From the NCBI GenBank assembly GCA_002633005.1, contig NMRA01000197.1, positions 508,534-572,533 of the forward strand: a DNA stretch of 64,000 nucleotides. The letters run 5' to 3'. The notes beneath the pieces are model-generated. The model was not told the origin of the DNA and searched no databases. It worked only from the letters and a program-made list of their open reading frames with translations. Below are positions 1 through 13,561 of this stretch, piece by piece. How positions within the stretch are numbered: position 1 is the stretch's first letter; each line of letters starts with the position of its first letter. The stretch comes from Phoronis australis. Its lineage: Eukaryota > Animalia > Phoronida. Both the position numbers and the translations under genes were made by a program.

Positions 1-137
1 AGAGAAAATGACTAAGCAAGACATTAACATCGATGTTTGGAAACACGGCATGTAGCTGTGGTTCCATGAAAAGATTGTGAGATAAAACAGACAGGGAAGA
101 AATTACCAGGTATTTGTTGAAACGAAGAAGTCTTTAA

Positions 138-563
138 AGGCAGCTCACAATTTCTGCTTCATAATGATGGAATAGTTTTCAGAAATGTGTTATTGATGGA
201 CACTCAATTTCATAATCACGAATCTCCATAGGAAACTTTTAGAGTCACCGCAGACTGAGAGGTAAGGACTGAGCTGCCTGCGTAAAGTCAACGATAGTTG
301 AACTAGCAGCTCACGTCAAGGCGATCAAGGCGAGGACAATTAAATGCAATAGCGGCTTCTTCATTCAAGTGTTCTCGCATTTTCACGCTTTGACGCGAGC
401 TGTCTGCTCAGCAATCGGGAGAACTGCTCAGCTTGTACCGTTCTACCTGTGGTGTGCCCGGCCTTGTGTTTTCGTGGCGTTTCTCTTATTTCTCCGAGAC
501 ACTGCATTGATAACATTTGCATAGAATACATGACGGCCCAAAGTTTTTAGGACGTGTCACGCC
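138..563. mobile_element. Possible TTAA-flanked Kolobok-type non-autonomous element
   Basis: TTAA|AGGCAGCTCAC at 134 and GTGTCACGCC|TTAA at 554-567; weak TIR similarity plus internal inverted similarity (aaatgtgttattgatg / cattgataacattt). A similar left end occurs at 10152. Confidence 0.3.
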
Positions 564-3500
564 TTAAACAAAACAGTTCAAGATACCCAAGACCGTGGAA
601 GAATATAATATATCAAGACAAACCTTACATTTCTTATAAACACAATACACGAGCTCGAGGCTTGCGTAGCGCGTGCGCAGTAACGTGGTAGAGAATTAGG
701 TAAAGAAGATTTTTACATTGCGTTCTACTTTTACATTGCGCTCTATGAAGACCACAATAAAATTTATCTGAAAACATTATTGTCGCCAGTAGGTGAATAC
801 TGCGGGGTTGTTTGGACATGGAATTTTTCATGTTATTCATGAACTTGGCTTATTTCGGTTTCTCTAGTTAGGCAGCCGATGCCGGGGTTGATTGGTGATT
901 GTAATAATATGCGATTGTAGTGTCATTAAAATAATATAAAAAATTACTTTTCCTTTGCATCGAGGGCTGACTACCATTATAAATACTGACCTTGGGGTGA
1001 ATTTCGCGTGCAAACTAAGAACCAGATTGCTACCGACAGCACTGACATCTTACATTGTGCTCTAAAATTGGTCAGCGATAGTGTACACTCAGTCGTTAAC
1101 ACGCCACCAGAGGTTGTTTTACACTCGTTCCTCGTAGCCATGCTGATGAATACCGCTCATTCTATCTTTCTTAGTCGTAAAACATAAACGTCTACCAAAT
1201 TATAGCAAAGTATCTCATCTAATGCAATCTCGAACCTCTTTATCCACAAACGGAACTCCGGAAGTGAATTTGTCCAGGTGCCGCGTTCGCGGTTCGGAGT
1301 GAGCCGTTTTTGTTGGTCCAGCGTGAGCTGTGGTTTTTGTGTGCACAAATTTTGTTTTGTAAGTCCGGACACGCCTTTACTATTTTATCACAAAACGGTT
1401 CTTAAGCGAGTATCTTTCTGTACGTAGAAGTGTGCTTAATGAGCGCCTACTTTTGCATAATCAACCCGTACTTTTAGTTCTTAAATGATCACCGTTCTGC
1501 TATTATTCAACGCGTACTTTAAACGCGTAGTGTCAGTAGAGAACAACGGTACGCGCAAATACTTATTAACCCATCGCCGACAAGGAGCGTTGACGCAGAT
1601 ATCACTGACGTAAGCACGGCAGAGAGAGGCGGAAACTGACACTCAAAATGGATCGGTTGAAGCGTGTTTGGCTGAAACAAAATAATACCGTATAGACGTT
1701 TAAATGGATACGTGACCACTGCATAATTCTATCATTTCCAGTAACTTAAGCGCATTACGGAGACAAGTGTATTTGTGAATGATCTATCGGAATTTCTATC
1801 CAATGAAGGTTACGTTACACTTTCCCAAAACTCCATGTACAGATGGCTCTGAGACGGAGTGTAGTGGCTTCTCTTGCTTTATGTACGTTTGATGCTACCT
1901 AAGTCAAGAATGCCGGTGTGGGTACAGTTTTCCGTCATTTTAACTAGGTTCTAGTGGCAGCAAGGCTTGGAACAAAAATAGTCATTTTAGCTGTCTGCTA
2001 CATTGGAACATCGTTACCGCCGGTGAGGTCGTTGCATTACATAAATTTACGGGAATTTTGTAAGAAAATGATTGGTGAGCCTTCTGTGAATGACGAAACA
2101 AATGTAATATAATTAAACGCCTCAGGTTGGCTTTAACCTCGCATTTCCAATAACAGCAGGCGTGCAAGGCTCCTCAAATGCAGTGTGTGTGGTCTACGAT
2201 GCATAATAATGCGTCTGTGTAGGACAACGGAGAAACTAGTAAATCAATTTTTTAAATAAAAGTTGAGTGATCCTGATTAATGTGTTCCAGGCGGTCAATA
2301 CACGGCGTTCAGGTTCATTGTAGAACGATACATCCATTAAATTAACCAACAGTAGCATGCGCTTCATTACGTAATATCCAATTTCAACAAACCATGATAA
2401 CTGTTACGAGTTAAAGTTTCGCTTTCCAATGTTGTTTTGATCATTTACAAATACCTTGTCGGAGCAAAAGACTGTGACTTCGTAAAAATGCTGAAGGGGA
2501 TATGCAGAACTAAACAAGTATCTTCAAACTTTAAAACTACAATAAACCTACCTATTGTCAAAAGCATAACTTTCGACTTAGACTGCTTGTCAATTGTAAG
2601 TTGATCTCTGTTACTTTCATTAGAAGAGATTGTTGTGAGACCAGACTCAATTAACTGTCTACCCGACCAGTTATTCAGTTACGCACGGAGCACCAAGTCA
2701 AGAAGTAACCCATTGTACCGGAAATTACTTCTCATCTCAGTAGGGAACGAGTTGATATGTTGTAAAACAGGTTCGCTGCAGTTTTAACTGGACATGGAAG
2801 CCTGTGAGCATGGCTTGCTTGCAAAATTTGTAAAAAAACACGAGAAAAGTAAGTATTTTCTTGCTGAATACACACTTGCCCGAAGTCGTGGCATATCTGT
2901 GACCCTCTATCCAGCTGTGAACAAGCTCAGAGCAAATGTAACAATTTACAGTAACCCCGGGGGGGGAACTGTTCCTCCGAGTTGAAGATTCCATTGGCTT
3001 TTGTCTTTTGAATTACATCTTTTGACTTTTGTTTTTGACTTTCGGCTAAAATCAATCTAAGGATAGCTTAGACAGTTTCACGAGAACAGGTTAAGGCTAA
3101 AAACCAGAAAACTTCGAAATGTCTACGACTCCGAATCAAAACATGAAAATCCGGTCCGCTCGACAAAACCTTTTTATCGAGAAACGCAAAGACAAAAAAT
3201 CAGGTTTTTGCTATTCTTTGTCAGGTTTCTGACTTTTGGCTAAAGACAAAGTCAATTGTGACTTCGAGAAACAGCCACCAGTGGTCTGTTTCTCAAGTTT
3301 ATTGCCAAAAGTGGAATTTTTATCGTTTGTATTTAATCTCCTCCCAAGCAGACTACGAATTTTTGTCTATTATATTCGAGTTGAAAACAAATTTTCTGAC
3401 TCTTAATCTTAGCCTGATTTCGCCAGAAAACAGGCTAAAATTGGATTATTCGAAGTGGTTTTCTGCCACTGAAACAGAAGTCAAACTGTACAAAACGTAT

Positions 3501-3764
3501 TTTTTACGATTTGTTCTTAAAGATGTTTAATTTCGATCCTTTAGTTTCAAAAAAAAAACGATCTGTCAACTGGTCGTCACTTCGTCGATTTTCTCCCATA
3601 CGGTAAAGCACCTCTCCGTATTTGGTACGGCAAGACATACACGTAGCACATTTACCTTATACTATACGGAAAATGTGACCTTTTACTTTTGACGAAAACA
3701 AAACATTAGTGCTTTGAAGTAGCAGCCAGTCCGACCTCTTTGAGTGCATTCTTGCATATATTAA

Positions 3765-3970
3765 AGGGGCGGTGAATTTGAAAACTGCATTAGGAAGAAA
3801 TTGTTTTTATGTCGTATGTGTTTTAAAAATGGTAAGTCTGACGACTTTTTCTAGCAATTCTTTATATATTCAAAGTGAATAACTCTCACGTTAGCATACC
3901 CGGACAAAAAATAGATTGGCCACTATTTGTTTAAAAGGGATTTTTATGAGTTTTCGCTTTCCATGCCTCT
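3765..3970. mobile_element. TTAA-flanked Kolobok-type MITE (~200 bp)
   Basis: TTAA|AGGGGCGGTGAATTTGAAAACT ... AGTTTTCGCTTTCCATGCCTCT|TTAA; imperfect TIR with RR...YY termini. Confidence 0.5.
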
Positions 3971-5657
3971 TTAAAGAAGAAAAAACCCACAGCTAATACT
4001 GTCGGGAAACATGAAGTCAAGAAGCAGCACCCTTTCCATATTTACTTGGCTCTTTGCTTGTTCACTAGAAAATCATGGAATACACCGCGAACTTAAGTGA
4101 AAGCCGTGGTTTCTGTCAATTTATCTACTTCCATCATTCAATGTTGTGAAAATCTACATTTTTTCTGTGGTTTGAACTTTAAGGTTACATTTGCTCGGAA
4201 ACGGTCCCGCTGTTACGAGTCAGTCGTGAACCGGAGATGCATTATGCCTATGGGCCCCTTCATGGGAGAGAGAAAGTTGTCACCCCGAGCAGCACCGCCA
4301 GCAGACGTACATGAACGAACCTGTAGAGATCGCTTCACTTTTCTGGTATTTCAAGCAGCCAGCCTGAATTAAGTTTGTCATAGATGCTAGTAAACTAGTA
4401 GCTAGCATTTATACCAAAATCAATTGTCAGGTTTCCGAGCTGACGACAATTTGCGTAACACTTCCTGGATTTTGGATTAAAAGGACTCGTGTCCCCTAAT
4501 CTTTGCCCCGAGATGCGCACGCATCGATTTTCGCTATCCGCAAATGGTCAAATGCTAAGCACTAGCGTCATTGTCAACCTGCTGCTCTCGTGACGCCTTG
4601 TATACCACTGCTGTAATCACGTGTCGTACAGTTGTCATGCCTGAACCTATAACTTTAAATTAACTGACAACATTCCGCCACTTCAATCATCAATTACCGT
4701 TACAATTAAATTTAATTGCGTCTCATCCAACGACTATATGGACTAAGTAATCAAGCAATATATTCAAAGGCGAGTTTAAATTATTAACAGTTTCGACAAA
4801 TCCTTTGTACTTAAAAACGACGTTGCGTAATGAAACCAATTAATAAGCATGGTTGCGTGCAAACTGCCAAGGGCCGACAATAAAAAGAAAGAAATTCAGA
4901 AGAATATAATCTGTTGAAATGTACAAGAGTTCAATATTCTATGAGACATGCAAGTTTTGAGCCGCACAAACACTCTTATTTCCCAACCTGTGACTTTGTT
5001 GGGATTTGAATAGTCTCGTTCCAACATCCAGTGCGCAGTCGACTTCGTGCAAGCAGAAAATACAGTCAATCTCCCGACTGTTTTGACTTCCTTGTTTGGA
5101 AAGTCACGTGAGTTGCCAAGCCTGATAGTATCGGGTATTTACTGCGAACAGACACCAGCACAGTATACGCAGGCAGTGAGATTATAAATGGGTTGTCATT
5201 ATCCAGCGGATATCAAATGAAATTAAAAGTAAACAGCACCGTTGCAATGACGGTACCATACAATTTGTGCCCTTGTTGGTAGCCAGGTCGATCTTCGTTG
5301 CTAAGTTACTGGAAGTTATTTCTGTGACCAATCTTGAGCCGAAATAGATCGGAACCGTCCAGTCTCTGGTACGGTAATAGTCTAGTCTTTTACATAGTTG
5401 CACAATATAAGCCGAAGTATTCAGACAAAATGACCCGCAATTCACCGTCATGATGAGACAAAATGACCCGGAAGTCACCCTCATGACGGTTGGGTAGAAG
5501 TCGAATTCACCATCAGAGTAGTCAGGAAAGATAGCAAAGTGACTAAGCCATTTTGTAATTAGAGTTTTACCGCCCTAACAGACATTACCAATCTTTTTGC
5601 TGTTATCAAGGAAAAATGGTGTTTTATCTGATTTCTTCTTGTTTTGTAGTCCGGGTG

Positions 5658-5792
5658 TAGTGGCGGATTAGGGGGGGCCTAAAATTCTCCCAGATTCCAT
5701 TTGGCAATTGAGGGGTGCGAATGTCTGACGGGAAAAATCCTAGCTAATACTCTGCCCTGGCCCCCTAACTCAAGATTCTGGATCCGCCCCTG
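5658..5792. mobile_element. hAT5-like MITE, family 2 (CAGTGGCGGAT...ATCCGCCCCTG)
   Basis: TIRs with 5-bp TSD GGGTG on both sides; internal sequence shared with copies at 24514-24667 and 42826-43148. Confidence 0.75.
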
Positions 5793-6725
5793 GGGTGTGA
5801 CGCAACAAAGTCAACTCGTGACTGTACAAGTCGTGTTACGAGATCGGTGTAAAGTTAACAACATAAATGGTTACTGTCAATGCTATTCAGAGCCTCTAAT
5901 TACATCAACAATCTGTCAGTTTTAAACCGATCGACAAAACACTGATCACGATCATCACGGAGTTTGGTTGTAGGTCACGTAACGACTGTACACCATACTT
6001 TATTAAAATGAATGGAAGTTGGATTATTCTACCAAATGTACAATTTAGTTTTAAAAACAAAAGCATATGCAGATTTCTAACAGAATGCACAAGGTTAAGT
6101 TTATATTTCATTTTAATCCAACACGCTGGTTTTTTTATTAGAGACCTGTTTGTTATTATTCAATTCAACATTACAATATTATTTCAGCACGTTAAAATTT
6201 CTAACTTTTTAAAAAGGCATCTAGCTTCCATTAGAAGAATTTTGGTTCATCAGTGACACAAAATCACTCGTTTCAACACAGACAACTTGTTTTATGTGAT
6301 CAAGTGAAAATGTGTGATGGAGAAAAGCAAATAATATTTTTCCATAAAATGAAGGGCTCTCTATACACTACTCTGCTAAAGAACGCATTGAAAATCAGAC
6401 CAGCATTTGCGGTGATTACGTTGCCTTTAGGTCGAATCTCACCAACAAGGATTTGTCAAAAATCACCGTTGACAATACATAATTGATTTTTTGTCAGCGA
6501 GCTGAATGCGACCTAAAGGCACTAGTATAGTCCGTGACTTTGAATTCAGTTCGTGAAAAACATTTTCCACTCGTTTTGACATATATATATGGCTTATACT
6601 GTACCTTACACGCTTACTGTTTGCCGGAGTGGGACAAAAGTGGCATCTGAACAAGGAACTAGTCGTAAATGGCTTAAATCGAAAGTTCGCTTCGTAGTCG
6701 GGAAACGGGCTTATAGCGACTTTAA

Positions 6726-7141
6726 AGATGTTATGTCTCATTAAAAGCACGGATATTTAAATTCCTAGCAAGTGCCACCTTGTGACTTCCTGGAGAACTG
6801 TGTGTACAAGTACAATCAGGAAAAGAAACAAAAATGCGGTTTTAAAGATTACACTAAAAGTGATACACTTAAAAACAAACGTGAACGAATAAAAAACCCT
6901 AGAAATTCCACATATTGCGCAATTTTTATTTGACAGTGAAATGAACAAAGAATAAAAACTGTGTCTTGATTTGTTAGGGTAACGGTGACTTATTACCATA
7001 CTCATTTACATAAAAATAGTCTCGCAAAACGATACTTTCGCGATATTGTAACGGTAACTGGCATAGCAGAAGACCTGGGGTTATTTTGCAAACTAGTACT
7101 TCGTTTGCATATTCACAATTTAATGAGACATATTTGTTACT
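6726..7141. mobile_element. TTAA-flanked Kolobok-type MITE, copy 1 (~415 bp)
   Basis: TIR AGATGTTATGTCTCATTAAA ... TTTAATGAGACATA; TTAA on both sides; colinear homologue at 13154-13561. Confidence 0.75.
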
Positions 7142-10100
7142 TTAAAAAACAATCATTTGGTCAGGATCCACATTTTGACGCTGAGATGAAAACGCACAGT
7201 AGGCTATGCACGCACGACTTCGTATTGACAGGACTGTTCCCTAAACGTATGCTTGATAGGGGGACCCAAACGTACTGTATTTGGTGTTACGTCTGATAAA
7301 CATGCAGATCTTTGTTATCTTGCTGCTACATTTTCGACGTTAATTACAGTTTCTTTGATGGCTACTTACTTCCCAAAGAACAATAAAATGTTACAAGAAT
7401 GGCGCGTTTTGATTTTGTATTCGCTTCCAGAGAGAAAATACAATATCCAACTGGCCATTGACCGCACAGTCTATGTTGGTGATGTGCTTGGTGCACGGAA
7501 GGGAATGCAGAGCCAATGTGTCGGACTTTTGCTGATCCATGCATGTCACATTCCACTCTGACATGGAATGTAGATACACGACAAGAAAACGATAGTTAAC
7601 ACTGAAGATATCTCTCCAAGATAACAGGTACATTTATCTAAAAATGTTGATTTCCCCTTAATCCAGCACACCAGGATAAGCGTAGATACAGCCTTCCATT
7701 ATCCTGATTCGCTCCAATGCTAATGTACCCAGCGGGGACAAAAACGTACTATACATGAACGTTCTTGATATGGAGCTCGTCCACATGCCAACATCCGTGC
7801 CACCGATGAACCATGTTTGGCTACCAATAAATAAGAGATATCTCAGTAGTTTTCATATTAGCACAGACTACTGCGTTAATAACGCCATACTAATGGATTC
7901 TAGAAGATTCGATTTATCTGCATGAGCTCTTGCCATGATTTATAATGGGACGGGTTCAGTAGTTGTACATACAGACTGCCGCTAAAACAAGACCGAGATG
8001 AAATATATCCAACAGATGGAATGGCTTGAGACTTTCTTTGACAACTGTAAACATAAATTTTGTGTGGGCACAGAATTTGGCATAACCAGTTTAACGTTCT
8101 GCTTTGCGCTTATGTACTCGCACCAAATGCGAGTAATTATTCAATATTTATGTACGTTATTCGCAGAATCACAAACGTTGAAAGAGGTAAAAAGTGTTAA
8201 AGAAGCCGTCAGGCAATATTGGGTACCCACTGCAGAAGGAAACAGAGTGACTTTTCCCGAGATCACATGACTGGCAAAATGGTAGCGTTTTCGTCAGATA
8301 TGTGTGTGAACTGGTTTCGCATTTCCCTTTCAAGTGAGATTGAAAATAGATGCTTTAGTTTTTGTACTATGAACAATTTGGCGCACATTTCGGAACGCAC
8401 AGGACTGCATAACGTTCAGAGGTGTGCATTCTATCGAATTTTGTTTCGTTTTGATTTTACTTATATCGTAAGAAATAATTCAAGTCCTGAAATAAACCAA
8501 CTTCATATCGTTATTTTTTCAAGATTGTTCTGTGACCGACGAGAGACACATTTCCAGTTTAATAGCGTAAACACATCATATGTTAGTCTGAACTTGACAA
8601 TATTTGAGCCTCCGAAGGAGCGTGCAGTATATGGTTAAGTGTAAATATAACGTCGTCTTCAACAACATCAAAAACAGAACTCAGTCAAAGTATATACATA
8701 AATATTCTTTGGCTTGTAAAATTTAATTTCGGATTTTATAACATTCTCATAGTTGTTATTTTAAAAGAAAGGTACATTCAGGGCAAAACAATGGTATCAA
8801 TAACGCGATCAAATTTCTTTGACGTCAGTATTTAAGATGGAACCTCAGAAACGCGGTCACCGTTTTTGATTGTGGTAACGCACTAGCTTAGGCATGCGTT
8901 CTTTGGCGATTTTGGATGGCGTTGTGGTTAAACATGAACGTCGTATGGCAGTGGTGTAGTCCTGGAAAAAAAATTGCAGACGCCAGACCAAAATGACGAA
9001 CTGAATTATAAATACAGCACGTAGCCTCTATTTTATAACCATTGCGAGAAATTAAGGATACAGTACAGTGAGAAGGCAAATTTATTAAGGGTACTCCTTG
9101 ACCGCGCAAAGACGATCGTGTCCCATGCGTTCCTCCTCGACTGTACCCCTGCACGCGACTTTTGGAGATCTCAATTTGTGGAGTTCCTGACCACAAGGCA
9201 GTTAGAAAGTAACATTATTTTTTGCTATCATTCTAACGACAGAAGCATGTATTTATAGATCATGGAGTTAACATTGATTAACTTAATGAAATTACGTATA
9301 TATTAGCGCATAACTGTCAAAATAATTAGTAAGCAAAGGTCCGAGGCATGCGGTGAATGTACCAAGTACGTACTGAGATTTGTGTCATGGACTCCTCTAG
9401 CTTTTGAAAAATGGAAATTTGAAACTGTTGACTGTACTGTGTACGAAACTGAAGAGAGATTACCGTAGTTAACGCATAACCAATGCTTTTTCGCGCACTG
9501 TTCATGAGCAATACCTTCCTCAAAACTCCACTTGTTAGCGTGATGGAGCTCAGCGTTTCCCAGTAAATACAGTTTTAACAATACTACACGCCACTATAAT
9601 ACCCAGATATAACAAGTTTACATTTTATCGATTATACACATCTTCGCTAATAGAAGAGCTCGCTTACATAGTAAATTGCTAAAGCATATGTTTTGGGTAA
9701 ATCAGGGCCTTATTCCAACCCGAAAAACAAATCCATAGGAAGTAGTCGTTAAACCTTAATGCCGGGGGAATAATCAGTGTAACTTTTGCGTTTCAAACAA
9801 AACCGATTCGTAATATTTTTTTCCGGAAACTAGCATGACCTGCGTTAAAATGTTACGCAGGTGAATCTGCTTTTGCACCTCCCAAAGACAACGTTATTTC
9901 AGAAACAACATAGAATCATGATGTTGTCAAATTATGTAAAATTCGGCGTCTTACATTGTTACATAGAAAATTCAAAGGTAAGACATTTTTAAATTTTCAC
10001 ATCTAAATTCTCCCAAGGGTCCCTAATTTACGTAATGGCTTTAACAACCTAGCTCAAGTTTCAAAGACCATGTCATTAACTATTGTCTTCAATTGTGCAA

Positions 10101-10254
10101 ACAACAAACCAACTATATTTTCGGTTAAACTAAGCACAAACTTTTATCATATTAAGGCAGCTCGCGCTTTTTAAGAATCCATGCTATTAGAATTTTTGAT
10201 TGTTTTTATTTTTCTTGAATTAAACTAGACAAAATTTCACGACTCTTCACAAAC

Positions 10255-10358
10255 GTTGAGAAAACGCTTACTCTTGTAAATTTTCATTTTCTCAATTAAA
10301 AAATACGTCAATTTTTAATCGAGAAAATGAAAATTTACAAAAGTAAGCGTCTTCAACC
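10255..10358. repeat. Near-perfect inverted repeat (hairpin, ~39-bp core arms, 9-nt loop)
   Basis: acgcttactcttgtaaattttcattttctcaattaaaaa - atacgtcaa - tttttaatcgagaaaatgaaaatttacaaaagtaagcgt. Confidence 0.9.
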
Positions 10359-10668
10359 ACGGCTAGCGTATTTTCAATATAAGGACGGTCACGTGAGCTA
10401 TACTTTCCAGAATGCAACGAAAATATACTAATGCCGACGTCGAGTTCAGAAAATCTAACCCCTGCTTTATTCCCAAGAACCTATAATTCTACACTCTTCT
10501 GATGATCGCATGTTACACGCGTATATAGTGATAATTCATGCTTAAGTCATGGTCGAGCAACTAACATTGGAAATGGGCGATGAGGTACAGGGTCTCCACA
10601 ACATGTCAGAGTAAGGCCAAAAAGAGGCAGAACTGAACTGAAATGCTGCTGACTTCGACGATAGATCG

Positions 10669-10880
10669 CATGCGCGCACCCGAGGGGGGGGGGCTCGGGG
10701 GGCGAAGTGGCAAAAAGGTCCGCCACAGATAAACAAAAAGTCCGAGAAAACGAGACAAAAGTCCACTGAAAAGGCACAGATGCACAGTTAAGGTGGTATC
10801 CCGTTTTTTAGTCCTCCTGGTTTTTTATCAGCAAAAGGTCTACATCGCCAGAAATTCGAGCCCCCCCCCGTGCGCGCATG
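10669..10880. mobile_element. hAT5-like MITE, family 1 (CATGCGCGCACCC...GTGCGCGCATG)
   Basis: TIRs, poly-G runs and 5-bp TSD GATCG on both sides; homologues at 22411, 25584, 29431, 42933, 60914 and 61301. Confidence 0.85.
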
Positions 10881-11753
10881 GATCGGGTTCCTTGTGGCGG
10901 TGCTACTCATTGTTTGGCTTGGTGAGCTATCCAAACCTGACCCAGTAGAATGTTAGCAAGTTCGCTGTTCGTTTCCACGAACAGTTTCTCCCGTAAATCA
11001 TTTCGCCTTCCTTTGAGTCCCACCATCCAGTCACCACTATGAAGTTTGCAACGGCCTTTCTCGTGTGTTTTCTTTGTTGACTCACTTGGTCTCAGTGGAG
11101 GTCTGCCAGGTCACGTTTTCGTGATGACACAAGTTGCCCATTACCGTTAGTCATATCACAAGCTGTGACGTCACAGGCCTTTGATTGGCAATGTTTCAGA
11201 CTATTGAGGGGACGCTGATTAATTTTTTTTTCGCGATTGTTCTCGGCTTTACGGATTGTTTGCTCCAGAATCGAAGATCATGCTTGTTTTCGGTGTACAA
11301 CATGCACAATTCCGATTTAATTTGAATTTTAACTATAACCATCCTATTCAGAAACTCTGATCCAGCAATTTTAACATACTAGATCTCAGATTTATTTTGT
11401 AACATACAAACCAATAATCCCATTCCTCTGATGGAGTGAACTTGTCCTAAAGGTTTTTTCTTTCTCTTCGTCAAACGTTTTTAGACTTTTTTCCTTTTAG
11501 GGAGCTCATGCATTTTTAGTTTCGACTCCCATTCGTAGATAATCTGACAACTGAGTAACCCCCAATTTATCCTCTATCTCATTGTCGCCCATCGTTTGAA
11601 GTCGAAAAATAAAAATGTGCCGGCCCACCTGTTCAAGTGAACATAGTCACATTTTGTTTAAAAACTACTAATTGTACGATAAAAACCGAGTCCCTCTATT
11701 TAAAGCGGTTATAAAACCGCGTTCCATAGAAGAAACTAACTTTTTATGTATAC

Positions 11754-11967
11754 CATACTGCGGATGAACCTGACCTTTACTCAGCCATGTGATTGTTGGT
11801 ATATACACCATACTGCGGATGAACCTGACCTTTACTCAGCCATGTGATTGTTGGTATATACACCATACTGCGGATGAACCTGACCTTTACTCAGCCATGT
11901 GATTGTTGGTATATACACCATACTGCGGATCAACCTGACCTTTACTCAGCCATGTGATTGTTGGTAT
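11754..11967. repeat. Minisatellite, 55-bp unit x ~4
   Basis: catactgcggatgaacctgacctttactcagccatgtgattgttggtatatacac starts at 11754, 11809, 11864 and 11919; near-identical units, no spacers. Confidence 0.95.
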
Positions 11968-13026
11968 TACAAAGAAAATGACACATTGTAACTTGTGGAG
12001 ACTAATCTCAAACAGTAATGAGCTCCAGTTCTTTCTACTATGAACTCGGAAATTCACACTGTTTTAACTAATTAGTACGATTTGAGACCATTTCACAAAG
12101 GTAAATTGTCGAAATCAAACGTTCAATTTTTTGCCACGTAAGGTGGATGTGTTGCCGCTTCAAACTTTTAGTTAAAAACTTAATTTTGTAAAACAGGAAT
12201 TGCAATGCAACCTTCGATTCACGTTGTTTTCTGAAAAACAAAAATAGGAACGTGATTTTGCGAAATATCGCAAACCCACAGAGTCACGAGAGTAATGAGG
12301 TAGTAGGTGTTTCGCGAGTGAGCTCGAAACCTGTGTAGCCCAGCCTAGCAAAACGATGCGTGGCCATTGAAGTGGTGAATCATTGAAGAAAATTCACAAT
12401 TTCCCTTTTAAAATCGAAGATTTCTCACCGCAAGGATCTGTCGAGTGTCTAGCTTTACAAAACGCAGTTCAGTTTTTAAGAGCCTTGAACCCGACCGTTC
12501 ACTACGCCTACGTTTGTGACAACTGGTTGCGTTTTAGTATAGAGTTTACTAGTTGACACGGCGCGCAATGTCCCCAATACGAAATATGTTAGCAATGGCG
12601 CTACTACACTTCGAACTTTCATTACACATATATTAACAACTTTCTGAAGACACTGTATAGGAAATGCCATTAGTTTAAAGGAAAGTGACTGCTTTGGAAT
12701 ATCACTTCAGCTAATTCACTACTGGCGAGGCTGTTGCTACGCGTATAAATTGCTTTTAGAAAGATTAAAAACTTAATAAACGGATATACAATGTGGAAGT
12801 ACTTGATTAGCACGCTCAGATCAGCTAATATTAGGGCTAGAGTTGGAGGGCAAACTTGGTTTTACAGCCGGAACCATTTTAGGGTTAATTTTTGGTAGAA
12901 TTTTCTTCTTGGCAATTAGCTTTGACCTGGAGAGCCATCAAACAAAATATGTAGTTTTTGTGATGCTGATTTAAATTTCCATTTGTGATTATGTGTAATT
13001 AAATCATTCGATTTGTAAACAACTAA

Positions 13027-13135
13027 AATTTCAAATATGGAGTCGGTTCTCCTTCCTGTTGTGTAGGTTCCCCCTAGTAATTTCAAATATGGAGTCAGTT
13101 CTCCTTCCTGTTGTGTAGGTTCCCCCTAGTAATTT
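13027..13135. repeat. Tandem duplication, 52-bp unit x2
   Basis: aatttcaaatatggagtc(g/a)gttctccttcctgttgtgtaggttccccctagt at 13027 and 13079. Confidence 0.9.
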
Positions 13136-13153
13136 GCGCTATTCAGATTTTGA

Positions 13154-13561
13154 AGATGCTATGTCTCATTAAAACCGTGAATGTATAAATTTGTAACAAA
13201 CGCCTCCTAATGACTTCCTCTCGAACTGCGTGTGCAAGTATAATCAGGAAAAGAAACAATTTGCAAATAAATTGTGATTTTAAAGGAACATTACAGCTGA
13301 TACACTTGAAAACAAATGTGAGCATATAAAAAACTAGTAATTCCAGATATTACGCAATCTTTACTTGATAGTGAAACTATGCCTTGTTTTATTGGGGTAC
13401 CGACGTACTCATTTACATAAAATAGTGTCGCAAAACGAGACTTTCGCGAGATTGTAATGGGAACTGGTTCTCGATTTGTTTCCGGCACACTGGAGGACCC
13501 GGGGTTGTTTGTAAATTAATGCTTCATTTGCATATTCGCAATTTAATGAGACTATGCATCT
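13154..13561. mobile_element. TTAA-flanked Kolobok-type MITE, copy 2
   Basis: TIR AGATGCTATGTCTCATTAAA ... TTTAATGAGACTATGCATCT|TTAA; colinear with 6726-7141. Confidence 0.75.

Noticed and set aside
7400-7830. Possible pogo-type DDE transposase relic or GPCR exon on the minus strand (YVFVPAGY)
   Set aside because: Only one short motif, several stops, no clear splice or TIR support.
11754-11967. CRISPR-like array
   Set aside because: Head-to-tail units with no unique spacers, eukaryotic context, no cas genes; the same applies to 18771-18886.
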